Shown here: positions 25,625-38,129 of the stretch, in pieces
Position numbering within the stretch: the stretch's first letter is position 1
How the letters are laid out: each line of letters opens with the position of its first letter
DNA from: Eledone cirrhosa
Lineage: Eukaryota
DNA: 64,000 bases
NCBI GenBank assembly: GCA_964016885.1
Contig: OZ024756.1
Coordinates: 16,926,001 to 16,990,000 of the forward strand
Direction of reading: 5' to 3'
The notes under the pieces: generated by a model
Database searches by the model: none
Told to the model about the DNA's origin: nothing
Seen by the model: only the letters and a program-made list of their open reading frames with translations
Translations under genes and position numbers: made by a program

Positions 25625-26644
25625 AGTAGGCACCTCTTAACCGCTATACTCCCACCCACCCACACCTGTCAACCCCACACTCACACTGTGAACAAAACCT
25701 ATCCAGCCCACACTGTAAAGTGGTCATGTAGGTGTTACGACAAAAAGCACCCAGCCCACACTGTAAAGTGGTCATGTAGGAGTCACGACAAAAAGCACCC
25801 AGCCCACACTGTAAAGTGGTTGTGTAAGTGTCACAACAAAAAGCATCCAGTCCACACTGTAAAGTGGTCATGTAGGAGTCACGACAAAAAGCACCCAACA
25901 CACATTGTAAAGTGGTCATGTAGGTGTCACGACAAAAAGCACCCAACACACACTGTAAAGTGGTCATGTAGGTGTCACAACAAAAAGCATCCAGTCCACA
26001 CTGTAAAGTGGTCATGTAGGAGTCACGACAAAAAGCACCCAACACACATTGTAAAGTGGTCATGTAGGAGTCACGACAAAAAGCACCCAACACACATTGT
26101 AAAGTGGTCATGTAGGTGTCACGACAAAAAGCACCCAACACACACTGTAAAGTGGTCATGTAGGTGTCACAACAAAAAGCATCCAGTCCACACTGTAAAG
26201 TGGTCATGTAGGAGTCACGACAAAAAGCACCCAACACACACTGTAAAGTGGTCATGTAGGAGTCACAACAAAAAGCACCCAGCCCACACTGTAAAGTGGT
26301 CATGTAGGAGTCACAACAAAAAGCACCCAACACACACTGTAAAGTGGTCATGTAGGTGTCACAACAAAAAGCACCCAACACACACTGTAAAGTGGTCATG
26401 TAGGAGTCACAACAAAAAGCACCCAGCCCACACTGTAAAGTGGTCATGTAGGAGTCACAACAAAAAGCACCCAACACACACTATAAATGTGGTTGATGTT
26501 AGGAAGGACATCCAGCTGTAGACACCTAGCCAGAAACAGTTCTATATGAGTAAGACATGGTCACCTGACCCAACTTGTCTCAAATGGGACAACCCGTCTA
26601 ACCCATGCTAACGTGGAAAATGGACGTTAAACGATGATGATGAT
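25625..26644 (+). mobile_element. RTE 3' UTR remnant with an internal 48-bp tandem array (about 16 copies, 25700-26483)
   Basis: Unit cagcccacactgtaaagtggtcatgtaggagtcacgacaaaaagcacc; ends ggacgttaaacgatgatgatg. Confidence 0.85.
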
Positions 26645-26649
26645 ATATA

Positions 26650-26900
26650 TATAGTTACAACAGTGACATAAACATGCGCTTAAGTTTCTTTTGGTTCTGG
26701 ACCCCAACTCATTCAGCTTGTCTTTTTTAATTTTCTTATGATAGGCTGAACCCAACGAAACTTAAGTATCTGTTTTCTTATGATAGGCTGAACCCAACGA
26801 AACTTAAGTATCTGTTTCTATCACTGTTGTAACTATATATACCAAATTCATCCTATGGACTGAGTGCTCTTACCCTTGGATATTTCTACCAAACTCTTTT

Positions 26901-26908
<8 letters not shown>
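26650..26908 (+). mobile_element. Fold-back element with a duplicated degenerate hammerhead-like 42-mer
   Basis: atagttacaacagtga / tcactgttgtaactat arms; cttatga...cgaaacttaagta occurs at 26735 and 26777. Confidence 0.55.
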
Positions 26909-26998
<90 letters not shown>

Positions 26999-27098
26999 CT
27001 CCTGATTCTCCACATGATGTCTATGACACTAACAACACTTATGTATCCTAAATGTTCTGAATGATTAGGATTTTAGTCATATGTTTTGACATTCCCTA

Positions 27099-27145
27099 TA
27101 ATCCGATGATTCCACACTTCCCTCTGGAAGAAACAATTGTCAACA
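27099..27145 (+). ncRNA. Hammerhead-like motif with CCGAUGA core
   Basis: CCGATGA(27103)-TTCCA...TGGAA-GAAAC-AATT-GTC(27141); AATAAA at 27146. Confidence 0.6.
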
Positions 27146-27316
27146 AATAAATGTTCTAAACTAAAACTTGATCGTTTTAACACTTTGTATCTCGGCTCTG
27201 TAAAACACTTGATAATTTGCATTGAGCCTTTTGCCACACCGGTAACCGGCTAGTACTTAGTACTACCCTCCATATTTATAATAGTATTAAACATATATAA
27301 ATACAAATATCCTTAT

Positions 27317-27374
<58 letters not shown>

Positions 27375-27441
27375 AAAGAGATGAAATCGAAAATGCAACT
27401 GAAGTCTTATTTTTTTTAAAAATATATATATTTATTTGGTT

Positions 27442-27479
27442 CCTTTACCGGTTTCGCAGTTCTTCTGCTTTTCAAAAGG
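27442..27479 (-). ncRNA. Minimal type I hammerhead (U3-A8), antisense arm
   Basis: Exact reverse complement of 27532-27569. Confidence 0.75.
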
Positions 27480-27531
27480 TGAGTTGAGATGGAGGGTCTG
27501 TGGTTTTTCACAGACCCTCCATCTCAACTCA

Positions 27532-27569
27532 CCTTTTGAAAAGCAGAAGAACTGCGAAACCGGTAAAGG
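27532..27569 (+). ncRNA. Minimal type I hammerhead (U3-A8 variant)
   Basis: CCTT-TTGAAAA-GCAG-aagaa-CTGC-GAAAC-CG-GTA-AAGG: stems I and II pair fully, stem III is palindromic (ACCGGT). Confidence 0.75.
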
Positions 27570-27700
27570 AACCAAATAAATATATATATTTTAAAAAAAA
27601 ATAAGACTTCAGTTGCATTTTCGATTTCATCTCTTTTTCTTTATACTTTCACTCGTGTAGGACACCTCGGTTATTTTTCATTTTGTAAAAAAAACCTCAC

Positions 27701-27780
<80 letters not shown>

Positions 27781-27973
27781 CTCTAGCTGATTTCATCTTT
27801 GGCAGGATGACTACTTTTCCATCATATGTAGCTGAGGTTGCTATATAGCCCCACCCTAATCTAAGGAAGGCGGGGCTTACATAGACATTGTGTAATAAGC
27901 AGACTTCTCCACAATAACATACCAGATGAATTAGAATATACTAATGGTTTCACCTTCTTCCTACACACATTTG

Positions 27974-28034
<61 letters not shown>

Positions 28035-28057
28035 CATGCATACTTACATAAATACAC

Positions 28058-28141
<84 letters not shown>

Positions 28142-28209
28142 GCATGCATACTTACATAAATACACATATATAGAGATATATGTGTGTGTGAGAGAGAGAG
28201 AGAGACAGA

Positions 28210-28259
<50 letters not shown>

Positions 28260-28997
28260 AAATCCTGACAGTGGTGCCAAGTACTTTCGGGTGGTGTTTT
28301 CAGCAAACCTTTTCAAGGGAGTAGTAATTTTTGCAGGGTGTGTAAAAATAGGTCAATAGTCTTATTAGGGCTGTGGTCAATTTTATCATTGTGGTAAGCT
28401 GGCAAAGGTTGGAGGTGGGTAGAGAAAGGTGAGTGTATCTAGATAGGCTAGGGGCCAGGAGAAGGAAATAATATGGGTGGGCAATGACTTGTACTTTGAC
28501 TAAGCACCACCCTTGCACCCCCCCCCCTCCCAGGAATCCACCTGCAGACACCCTGGGTCCACATCCCATTCTCCCACACCTCACCTAGTGTATCCACCTT
28601 CTATCTACCAAGTACCCCAACCACTATTCACCTGCAAGTTTCCCTTTACATACTATAACTCCCATGTATATGTGTGCAGTTTTACCACTTCCTCTCCCCC
28701 TGGTTCTTGCATGGGTGTGCAAATGTAGCATGTACATATGTGTGTGTGCATGTGTATGATACAAGTAGGCACATGTGTGCAGACAATTTTACCACATCCT
28801 CACTCCATGTGGACTTGCATGGGCCTGTGTTTATGCATGTGGGATTGTGTGTGAATGAGCATGTGTGTATATATATATGTATAAGAAAGAGTCGGGACCC
28901 CGAATATATATATATTATAATCTATTTAATACATTAACAGAGAAAGCTTTAAGCAATACTCCGACCGGCTTCCGTCTCACTCAACAAACATTAGGAT

Positions 28998-29343
28998 ATA
29001 CCTTAGTATAATCCGTGACCTCTGGCGTCACGCAGTAATACAGAGTACCCGACCTCCCATGGGTACAAGCTGAAGCATATAGACAATATGCCCCCACACC
29101 CCCACCGCAAGGTGGTAAGGCAAAAAAGCACCCAGCCCACACTGTAAAGTGGACGTGTAGGCGCCACGAAAAAGCACCCAGCACTCACTGTAAATGAGGT
29201 TGGTGTTAGAAAGGGCATCCAGCTGTAGAAATCAAACCAAATCAGTTCCTGTATGAACAAGGCATGGTCAGCCGACCAGACACTGCCCACAACAGGACAA
29301 CCCGTCTAACCCATGCTAGCGGGGAAGAACGGACGTAAAACGG

Positions 29344-29378
<35 letters not shown>
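28998..29378 (+). mobile_element. RTE LINE 3' UTR fragment with (GAT)n tail
   Basis: Reverse complement of the 712-1070 segment. Confidence 0.85.
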
Positions 29379-29380
<2 letters not shown>

Positions 29381-29402
29381 TCCCAATTATACGTTTGGGG
29401 TG

Positions 29403-30320
29403 CTATATATATAAAACTGAGGATGTCTGTCTGTCTGTGTGTTTGTGAGTTTGAATCCCTAAAACTAGAGGAGTACCCAACCGACTGTTTTCAAACTTTA
29501 CACATGTAATACTTATGTTTCAGGGAGTGTTCTGAGCAAAAACAATTTCAAATTTTCAATGCCCTAGGGACTGCATTAGGCAATTTAGCGATCTCTCTCT
29601 ATAATTCTTAGTCTTTCTCTTTTTAGATAGATACATAGATATAACGTCACCCCTTATAATATGTCTGTATGTCTGTCTACATTACGTCACTTCCCTGGGG
29701 ATGTCTGTCTGTGTGTGTGTGTGATGTCTGTGAGTTTGAATCCCTAAAACTCGAGAAGTACCCAACCGACTTTTTTCAAACTTTACATGTGTATTACTTA
29801 TGTTTCAGGGAGTGTTATGCACATAAAAAAATTCAACTTTTTTATCTCCTGGGGCTCCACATTAGGTGAAAAACTGCGTTTTTTTCAGCTTTTTAGGGGC
29901 TTTTTGAGGCGTTACGTCAGACCGATTTCCTTGAAATTGTAACTATGTATTAGTCAGTCTCTTCTTCACACCGTAAGCAAAGAAAATCCAACTCTTTTAT
30001 GGCCTAGAGCCCGCATTAGGTGAAAAACTTCCTTTTTTCAGCTTTTTAGGCGTTACTTCTAACCAATTTTCCCGAAATTTCAAGGCATATTATGCACATA
30101 AAAAAAATTTATTTTCTTGATCCCCTAGGGCCCGCATTAGGTGAAAACCTGAATTTTTCCTGCTTCATCGAGGAAAATCTTAAAGATTATCCACCCATCA
30201 AAGTATTCGGTTTATTTTCTTTACATATTGTCCAGGCATGCAGTTTTTCCATGATTAGGTCTGTTGGCGGCTCGCGTTCCAAAATACCTTATCCCGTGCA
30301 ACGCCGGGTACCACTGCTAG
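29403..30320 (+). mobile_element. Non-autonomous Helitron-like element
   Basis: 5' ctatatatataaaactgagg; internal duplications; 3' GC hairpin cccg-tgcaacgc-cggg followed by CTAG|T at 30317-30321. Confidence 0.75.
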
Positions 30321-30590
30321 TTGAATATAAAAGAAAGATAAACACAGATATATACATATATGTGTTCAAATCATAAGTGACCAGATTCGCTAGGGTGAAA
30401 AAAATACTAACTATGAACAATAGGGTTTGCCAGACTCAATTTTAAAAAATAAATCAAGAAAATTTTTTTTAAATTGAGTCTGGCAAACCCTATTGTTCAT
30501 ACTTAGTATTTTTTTCACCCTAGCGAATCTGGTCCCTTATAATTTGAACACATATAGGTATATATCTGTTTACCTTTCTTTTATATTCAA
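30321..30590. repeat. Fold-back with about 125-bp arms and a unique tail
   Basis: gaccagattcgctagggtgaaaa...gccagactcaattt / aaattgagtctggc...ttttcaccctagcgaatctggtc. Confidence 0.85.
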
Positions 30591-30670
30591 TTATATTACA
30601 CACCTCGGAAAAACCTCTTTCCTTGAACTATTTAATTGTAAGAGACTATCTTAAGTTTCTAACTCAATAT

Positions 30671-31253
30671 ATCATCATCATCATCATCACCATTTTACGT
30701 CCGTTCTTCCATGCTAGCATGAGTTAGACGGGTTGTCCTGTTGTGGGCAGTGTCTGGTCGGCTGACCATGCCTTGCTCATACAGGAACTGATTTTGGCTT
30801 GGTTTCTACAGCTGGATGCCCTTCCTAACACCAACCTCATTTACAGTGAGTGCTGGGTGCTTTTTTTGCCGTGGCACCTCCACGACCACTTAGCAGTGGG
30901 AGGGTGTGGGGGCATATTGTCTATATGCTTCAGCTTGTACCCATGAGAAGTCGGGTACTCTGTATTACTGCGTGACGCCAGAGGTCACGGTCGTGTCATC
31001 GGCCCCTATCACCTCATCCCAGGTCTTCTTGGGTCTCCCCACTCCGCGGCTTCCATCGACTTCTAGTGCTCTGCACCTTTTTATGCAGCTGTCATCCTTC
31101 ATACGCATCACATGTCCATACCAACGCATCCGCCTCTCCTGCACACAGCATTTGATTCCTCTGATGCTCAGTCTCTCTCTCAATTCATTTATGCATTGCC
31201 GTTCGCGTATATTACTATTACACATCCATCGGAGCATGCAGGCTTCGTTTCTT
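30671..31253 (-). mobile_element. RTE LINE 3' fragment
   Basis: Same family as 712-1555. Confidence 0.9.
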
Positions 31254-31290
31254 TGATATACCTTTCATATATATATCTATACATATATAT

Positions 31291-31386
31291 GAAAAGATTC
31301 AGGCAGAGCTCTGGCCGTTTCGACAGCTAGGTCGATCTAGCTGTCAAAATGTCCAGAGCTCAGCCGTTGGGGTCCTGAATCTTTTC
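31291..31386. repeat. Short fold-back in (TA)n, same family as 48790-48915
   Basis: Both share gagctcagccRtYggggtcct and gccgtttcgac. Confidence 0.75.
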
Positions 31387-31917
31387 ATATATATATCATC
31401 ATCATCATCATGGTTTAACGTCTATCTTCCACGCTAGCATAGGTTAGACAGGAATTGTCCCATTTGAGGCAAGATGTAATTGGTGATTGAGCCCAATCAT
31501 TAGATTGGATATAGGCATCATATTCTGGAATTTATCATGAAATGGCCATATAAGTGAACTTGAGACAATTTTGGCTTGATTCTTTCTTTAAGTGACTACA
31601 TTTATTATTTGTCGTTCTATATCTATGTTCATAATACTAGTTGTTTCTCAAATAGATATGTGAAAAGGATTTTTTGTATATTGTTTAAATTTGTATAAAT
31701 TATACTCTGAGCTTAATGTTCATTGAGCTTACCTTGTTGAGTAACTTAATCAATATATATTATATATGTATAGATTGAACCTAATTATAGTATATATATA
31801 GATAGATATATATATACACATACATATATATATATATATATATACACAGATACATACATGCATATATATATACATACATATATATATATACACACACACA
31901 CATATATATATATATAT

Positions 31918-32084
31918 GTAAGTTCCAGGTTCAATCGAAGTAACGACAGCAAGTAAGGTACTCAATACATTACAAGAATATATACAACAAAATCTAATAT
32001 AGAAATGGCTTCTACAGGATGATTTCCTTTGAATGAAACAGTTCTAGTCCTGTAGAAGCCATTTCTCTATTAAATTTTGTTGTA
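31918..32084. repeat. Fold-back enclosing a degenerate hammerhead-like core, with a minus-strand tail
   Basis: Arms 31983-32017 and 32048-32084; centre gatga-tttc-cttt-gaat-gaaac; related sequence at 5631-5690. Confidence 0.55.
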
Positions 32085-32104
32085 CTTATATAAAATAAAT
32101 AAAC

Positions 32105-32431
32105 ACCCATTTCTCTGTAATGTTATGTTGGTACCACAACATCCAGTCCTAAATAAATGAGGTCGTGTAGGTGTCACAACAAAAAAACACACAGTCCACG
32201 CTGTAATGTGGCCGTGTAGGTAACTTGGTAAAAACCTTCCAGTCTACACTGTAAACGTGGTTGGTGTTAGGAAGGGCATCCAGTCGTAGAAAACGTGCCA
32301 GACAGTCCTATACGAGCGAGACGACCAATCTTGCCTCAAGTGGGACAATTCCCGTCTAAACCCATGCTAGCATGGAAGATAGACGTTAAACGTTGATGAT
32401 GATGATGATGATGATGATGATGACGATGATG
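32105..32431 (+). mobile_element. RTE 3' UTR, second subfamily
   Basis: Reverse complement matches 35963-36270; (GAT)n tail. Confidence 0.8.
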
Positions 32432-32837
32432 AAACAAGACAAAGATAGAATTTAAAAAAAAAACAACAGGAAAACCCAATCTAAGTAAAAGCCACTAAAT
32501 AAAAGATGTTAGGGTAGGAAATATTGCAGCAGTAGGTATATCTGAACTTACAATGTGGTGTTGGTCTGTATTGTAGTTCTAAATATAGTCTTGAACAAAC
32601 AACAACAGCTTTGGAGAAGATTCTATGATAACCACTTGTTTGTTTGCTTCCATCGTAATCTGCTGTTCTATAGAGAACACTCTCTTACATTGTCTCCATT
32701 ATATATTTGAAACATTGCTGGAGATTACTATAATAATCCATTGTTTGAAAATATCCTTCTTCGATATATTGCACCCCCACCGTATATATATATATGTATA
32801 TACATATGTGTGTGTGTGAATCTATGTATGTATATAT

Positions 32838-33267
32838 CATCATCATCATTTTACGTCCGCTTTTCCCTGCTTGCAAGGGTGGGACGGGAACTGATTCTGG
32901 TTTGATTTCTACAGCTAGATGCCCTTCCTAACACCAACCTCATTTACAGTGAGTGCTGGATGCTTTTTTTCCGTGGCGCCTACAGGTCGACTTTACAGGG
33001 TGGGCTGGGTGCTTTTTTTCCGTGACGCCTACACGTCCACTTTACAGTGTGGGCTGGGTGCTTTTGCCGTGGAACCTCCATGACCACTTTGCAGTGGAAT
33101 GATAGGGACCCCAGTCCTATCATCTCATTTCTACAGCTGAGTAAACTGGAGCAATGTGAAATAAAGTGTCTTGCTCAAGGAAACAACACATCACCCAGTC
33201 TGAGAATTGAACTCACAACCTTTCGATTGCAAGGCCAATGCTCTAACCACTAAGCCATGTGCCTCCA
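32838..33267 (-). mobile_element. Full-length tRNA-derived SINE with RTE-derived tail
   Basis: tRNA-like head, core, RTE 3' UTR segment and (GAT)n. Confidence 0.85.
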
Positions 33268-33566
33268 TATATATATACATATATACAAGCTGGCTGCTTG
33301 AGAAACATTTGTAACCGGGTTGAGCATTAAATCTCCTACATAACACCTCCACTTTGCTCTTATTTTATGCACTCTGCTCTACATCAAGTGCTGACCTTGG
33401 TTCTTACACCAGTTTTCTTCGAACTTACTGAACTTTCTGCTCCTATATATATATCATGACTCATACACTGTTCATTTTTCTGACATTTGTACATTATTCT
33501 ATGTACTATACCTTTGATGAGTTCTAGTGCACCTGAGCACTCACTGTACACAATAATTTCATTATT

Positions 33567-33953
33567 ATGCCTTAGTGGTTAGAGCATTGGCTTTGCAATC
33601 AAAAGGTTATGAGTTCAATTCTCAGACCGGGTGGTGTCTTGTTTCCTTGAGCAAGACACTTTATTTCAAATTGCTCCAGTTTACTCAGCTGTAGAAACGA
33701 GATGATAGGGACTGGGGTCCATATCATTCCACTGCAAAGTGGTCGTGGAGGTGCCATGGCAAAAAAGCACCCATCCCACACTGTAAAGTGGACGTGTAGG
33801 TGCCACGGAAAAAGAAGCACCCAGCACTCACTGTAAATGAGGTTGGTGTTAGGAAGGGCATCCAGCTGTAGAAATCAAGCCAGAATCAGTTCCCGTCCCA
33901 CCCTTGCAAGCAGGGAAAAGCGGACGTAAAATGATGATGATGATGATGATGAT
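33567..33953 (+). mobile_element. tRNA-derived SINE with RTE-derived tail
   Basis: Same structure as 32838-33267. Confidence 0.85.
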
Positions 33954-33956
33954 ACA

Positions 33957-34030
<74 letters not shown>

Positions 34031-34179
34031 GAAAGAACTTGATGCAATTCAGTGATGAAATGGTTATGCTTGGGTAAATACAAAACCATATATTTCCTGA
34101 GTAAATAAACCAACCAAAGAAAACAAACTCTTACTCTGAGTGTTCATTATGTCAATGTTACGCTGTTTAAATATTGGAA

Positions 34180-34498
34180 TGTCAGGTAACACAGGTAACT
34201 TGTTAGTGTGATAGGTAACACAGGTAACTTGTTAGTGTGCCAGGTAAGACAGGTAACTTGTTAGTGTGTTAAGTAACACAGGTTACTTGTTAGTGTGTTA
34301 GGTAAGACAGGTAACTTGCTAGTGTGTCAGGTAAGACAGGTACCTTATTAGAGTGTCAGGTAACTTGTTAGTGTGTCAGGTAACTTGTTAGTGTCTCAAG
34401 TAACTTGTTAGTGCATCTGGTAACTTGTTAGTGTGTCAGGTAACTTGTTAGTGTGTCAAGTAACTTGTTAGTGCGTCTGGTAACTTGTTAGTGTGTCA
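34180..34498. repeat. 20/28-bp minisatellite
   Basis: caggtaacttgttagtgtgt units. Confidence 0.85.
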
Positions 34499-34506
34499 GA
34501 CAAAAT

Positions 34507-34699
34507 CACACCTTCCAACTTCTAAAAACCTAAATGGGGATACCATGAAAAAAGTGCCCTAAAACGGGGAGAAATGAGGCAAAGTGGGGAGATTTCACAT
34601 AATGAAAGCTATACCCATTTTCACAAGAGAAGACATCTCTCACCCACCCCAAAGTGGGTGAGAGATGTCCCCGTCCGGTGGGAAGAGTTGACAGGTCTG
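34507..34699. mobile_element. Possible degenerate hAT MITE
   Basis: Imperfect TIR cacaccttccaact / agttgacaggtctg; 8-bp flanks gacaaaat / gaaaagat. Confidence 0.4.
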
Positions 34700-35813
34700 G
34701 AAAAGATAGGAGGGTGTGAAGGAACACGCATAACTTGTTAAGTGTGTTGGACAAGATACCTTTTGGTATTTGTTCTGATTCTTTGCAATTTGAGTTTCAA
34801 TCCTGCTGTGGCCTATTTGGGGAGTAGACTTCATACATTTCTTGGTTTATCACCACCACCTGGTCTTCAGGTACCTATAGTGGAGTATATACACTCTGTT
34901 ACAAGCAATCAATAAATGTCTCCAATTTTAGGTTATATCTCTCCCTGTCCCTCCATCCCGCCAGCATGTGGGGCATGAAAAAAAGAGCCAAAAAATAAAC
35001 AAAAAATATACAAAGAGCAAAAACAAAAAATCATGAGCACTGCCCCTCCCTTCAGTAACTAAACAATAAAAAAAAAAATGAATATGGTATCTAAAAATGT
35101 ATTTTTTAATGGATGGAGAGGGTGAGATGGGGGAAAGAACAAACATTTGTGTGTGTGTGTGGGGGGGGGGGGGTTAAAGCAGACAGACAAGCTGTGTTTG
35201 TGATGGAACTGCAGAAATTAGACTAACAGATGGTGAGGAAGGTTTGGGTGAAATTAGTTGGGTGTAGGGTGTGGTGTTAGCTGAGAAGGTAGATCATAGG
35301 GTGGAGAAGGTAGATTGATGAAGAGCCAAGGTTTATTCAAGAAAAAATAGTTGGTTACATATATATACACATATATATATATATATATATAGATATACAT
35401 ATATATACATATATATATATATATATTTTCATCATTTCATTTCATTTTATGTCCGCTTTTTCCCTTCTTGCAAGGGTGGAACGGGAACTGATTCTGGCTT
35501 GGTTTCTACAGCTGGATGCCCTTCCTAACACCAACCTCATTTACAGTGAGTGCTGGGTGCTTTTTTGCCGTGGCACCTCCACGATCACTTTGCAGTGGAA
35601 TGATATGGACCCCAATCCCTATCATCTCATTTCTACAGCTGAGTAAACTGGAGCAATGTGAAATAAAGGATCTTGGTTAGTAGAATATATATAAATGATA
35701 TTTCATATATATATATATGTTAAGTATTTCTGAAGAAAAGGCAAAGAAAAAAGAGTGCTCTATATATAAAACAGAGCTATTTAATTAGAAAGTGAACACA
35801 ATATATAGCTATT

Positions 35814-35862
35814 CCATTACCAAAGGTTTCAGGGCCTAATCAGTAGATCGTTCATCAGACAG
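35814..35862 (-). ncRNA. Degenerate hammerhead-like motif
   Basis: Minus strand ctgt-CTGATGA-acgatcta...taggccct-GAAAC-ctttg-GTA-atgg. Confidence 0.45.
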
Positions 35863-35905
35863 AGGGGTTATCTCTCTCTCTCTCTATATATATATATACA
35901 TATAC

Positions 35906-35938
<33 letters not shown>

Positions 35939-35962
35939 CACATATATATATATATATACATA

Positions 35963-36980
35963 TCATCATCATCATCATCATCATCGTTTAACGTCCATCT
36001 TCCACGCTTGCATGGGTTTGGACGGGAGTTTTCCCACTTGAGGCAAGAGTGGTTGTCTTGCTCGCATAGGACTGTCTGGCGGGTTTTCTACAGCTGGATG
36101 CCCTTCCTAACACCAACCACATTTACAGTGTGGGTCTGGGAGGTTTTTACCGTGTTACCTACACGGCCACATTACAGCGTGAACTGTGTGTTTTTTTGTC
36201 GTGACACCTACACGACCTCATTTGTTTCGGACTGGATGTTGTGGTACCAACATAACTTTACATTGAAAGGGGTGGTGTAGATGGGGTGGGACGGGGATGT
36301 ATTTTTGTTAGAGGTGCCTACTGACTGTAGTAGGTTTCACTTTGTACTTAGGTAAGGCGGGTCTTCTGTATTACTGTGTAGCGCCAAAGATCTCGGTCCA
36401 GTGACATTGTCTTGGAGAGGTGTAAGTGTGTGAGGTCGGAATTTATCAAGTCGTCCCAGGTTTTTCTGGGTCTGCCTACTCCGTGGCTACCGTCTATTTT
36501 TATTGCCCTGCACTTTTTTATACAGCTGTCGTCTTTCATGCGCATCACGTGACCATACCAACGTAGTCTTCTCTCGAGTAAACAACATCTGATCCCTCTT
36601 ATTTCTAATTTTTCCCTTAGTTCGTTTATGCATTGCCGTTCACGTATATTACTATTACACATCCAGCGGAGCATGCAAGCTTCGTTCCTCTCCATTCTGC
36701 GTATATCCTCTGCACACAATGCCCAGGTCTCACTGCCATGTAACATTGCTGTGCGTATGCAGGCATCATACAGCCTGCCTTTCATTTTTAGAGAGAACCC
36801 TTTAGCGGCTAATAGTGGTATAAGCTCTCTGAACTTTTTCCATCCAGTTCTGACTCTAGCTACTGTACTTTCAGAGCACCCTCCACCACTGCTGATTTTG
36901 TCACCCAAGTAACGGAAGGTATTTCTATAGAACCATCTGTGCAATGGAATGAGCTAGTATTCTGTGGGCACTTGCTGCTA
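35963..36980 (-). mobile_element. RTE LINE 3' fragment, second subfamily
   Basis: ORF 36348-36944 (FRYLGDKI...HGSETWAL...WYGHVMR) with 3' UTR and (GAT)n. Confidence 0.9.
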
Positions 36981-36999
36981 CTTATTGCACCAGAGCACC

Positions 37000-37031
<32 letters not shown>

Positions 37032-37405
37032 ATATGGGTGAGAAGAATACTGCTGGTTGCACATGGATAACATGTTATAAAATGAGTCCCTCATCAGTGA
37101 TTTATCAAACGATCATGGGTATTTCATCGCATTAAAAATCATATACCTCACGTTGGAGCGATAATAACTAAAATAAGTTATTAGGACAATAGAAACGCGT
37201 AAAGCGAGTGAGACAAGTAAACAACACAGGGGGAAGCTAACTGAAGATGGAACTGAACACGAGCAACATAGTTATTCTTTCAGCATAAGCTGCGTGAATA
37301 TATGAGCGAGTCAGAAAACAGACCTTTCGCTAGTGAATCCGGTGTTAGAAAGAATGAAAACCGTTTTCCCAGTGAACGGGAGGAATATATATATATATAT
37401 ATACA

Positions 37406-37726
37406 CAGTAGAAGCTCACAGTACAAGTGTCCCATTGTATGAGTAATTTGCTGTATGAGCCGAGGCCCATGTGAATTCTTGTCTTGTAGTACGAGTGGAA
37501 ATACGCAGTACGAGCGAGTTTTATACAATTAATAATACCAGTTTACATATTCCTTATGTTTTTTTTTTAAACCCATAAAAATAACGTTTTGGTGATTTTG
37601 TGGGACTGGAACAGATTATTTAGATTTTAATTAATTTGAATGGGGAAAATTGATTTGTAAAATGAGTAAATCGTAAAATGAGCTCAGTAATGGAATGAAT
37701 TAAACTTGTACTGTGAGGTATTACTG
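37406..37726. mobile_element. pogo/Tigger-like MITE
   Basis: TIR cagtagaagctcacagtacaagt / acttgtactgtgaggtattactg, followed by TA. Confidence 0.7.
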
Positions 37727-37769
37727 TATATATATATATATATATATATATAAGTCTAAAGTCTGTCTT

Positions 37770-38000
37770 AAGCCAGAAAGTTCATTTGGCTGGTGCTTAT
37801 CCCGGTTTCATGCCGTGAAGCGACTGAGAGTACAAGACTCCCCCTTGGACAGGACGCCAGTCCATCGCAGGGTTTAAACCCCCATCCATTGTTAGTACTC
37901 ATTTTCAGCTGAGTATACTGGAGCAACATGAAATGAAGTGTTTTGCTCAAGAACACAACACGCAACCCAGGAATTGAACCCTCAACATTATGATCGTAAG
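37770..38000 (-). mobile_element. tRNA-derived SINE with V-domain-like segment
   Basis: Minus strand ttgagcaaaacacttcatttca core followed by ccctgcgatggactggcgtcctgtcca. Confidence 0.65.
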
Positions 38001-38129
38001 ATAATTGTAGGTGAAGAAGTTATAAAGCTCAAAAATATGAGATTTATTACATACACAAGGCTACATATAATTTTATAGAAAGGTATGAAATCCTAATATG
38101 AACGATTATGAATTTATGTAGAGCAAGAA

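Larger units (their letters stand above)
27371..27640. mobile_element. Near-perfect fold-back (about 132-bp arms, 6-nt loop) between (TA)n tracts
   Basis: Arms 27371-27502 and 27509-27640; unique tail to about 27707. Confidence 0.9.

Noticed and set aside
25644-26521. Cys-rich repeat protein or CRISPR-like array
   Set aside because: Head-to-tail 48-bp units with no unique spacers, derived from a retroelement UTR; eukaryotic context with no cas genes
37030-37380. Scattered CTGATGA, GAAACGCGTA and CTGAAGA motifs
   Set aside because: Could not be assembled into one hammerhead on the same strand with paired stems
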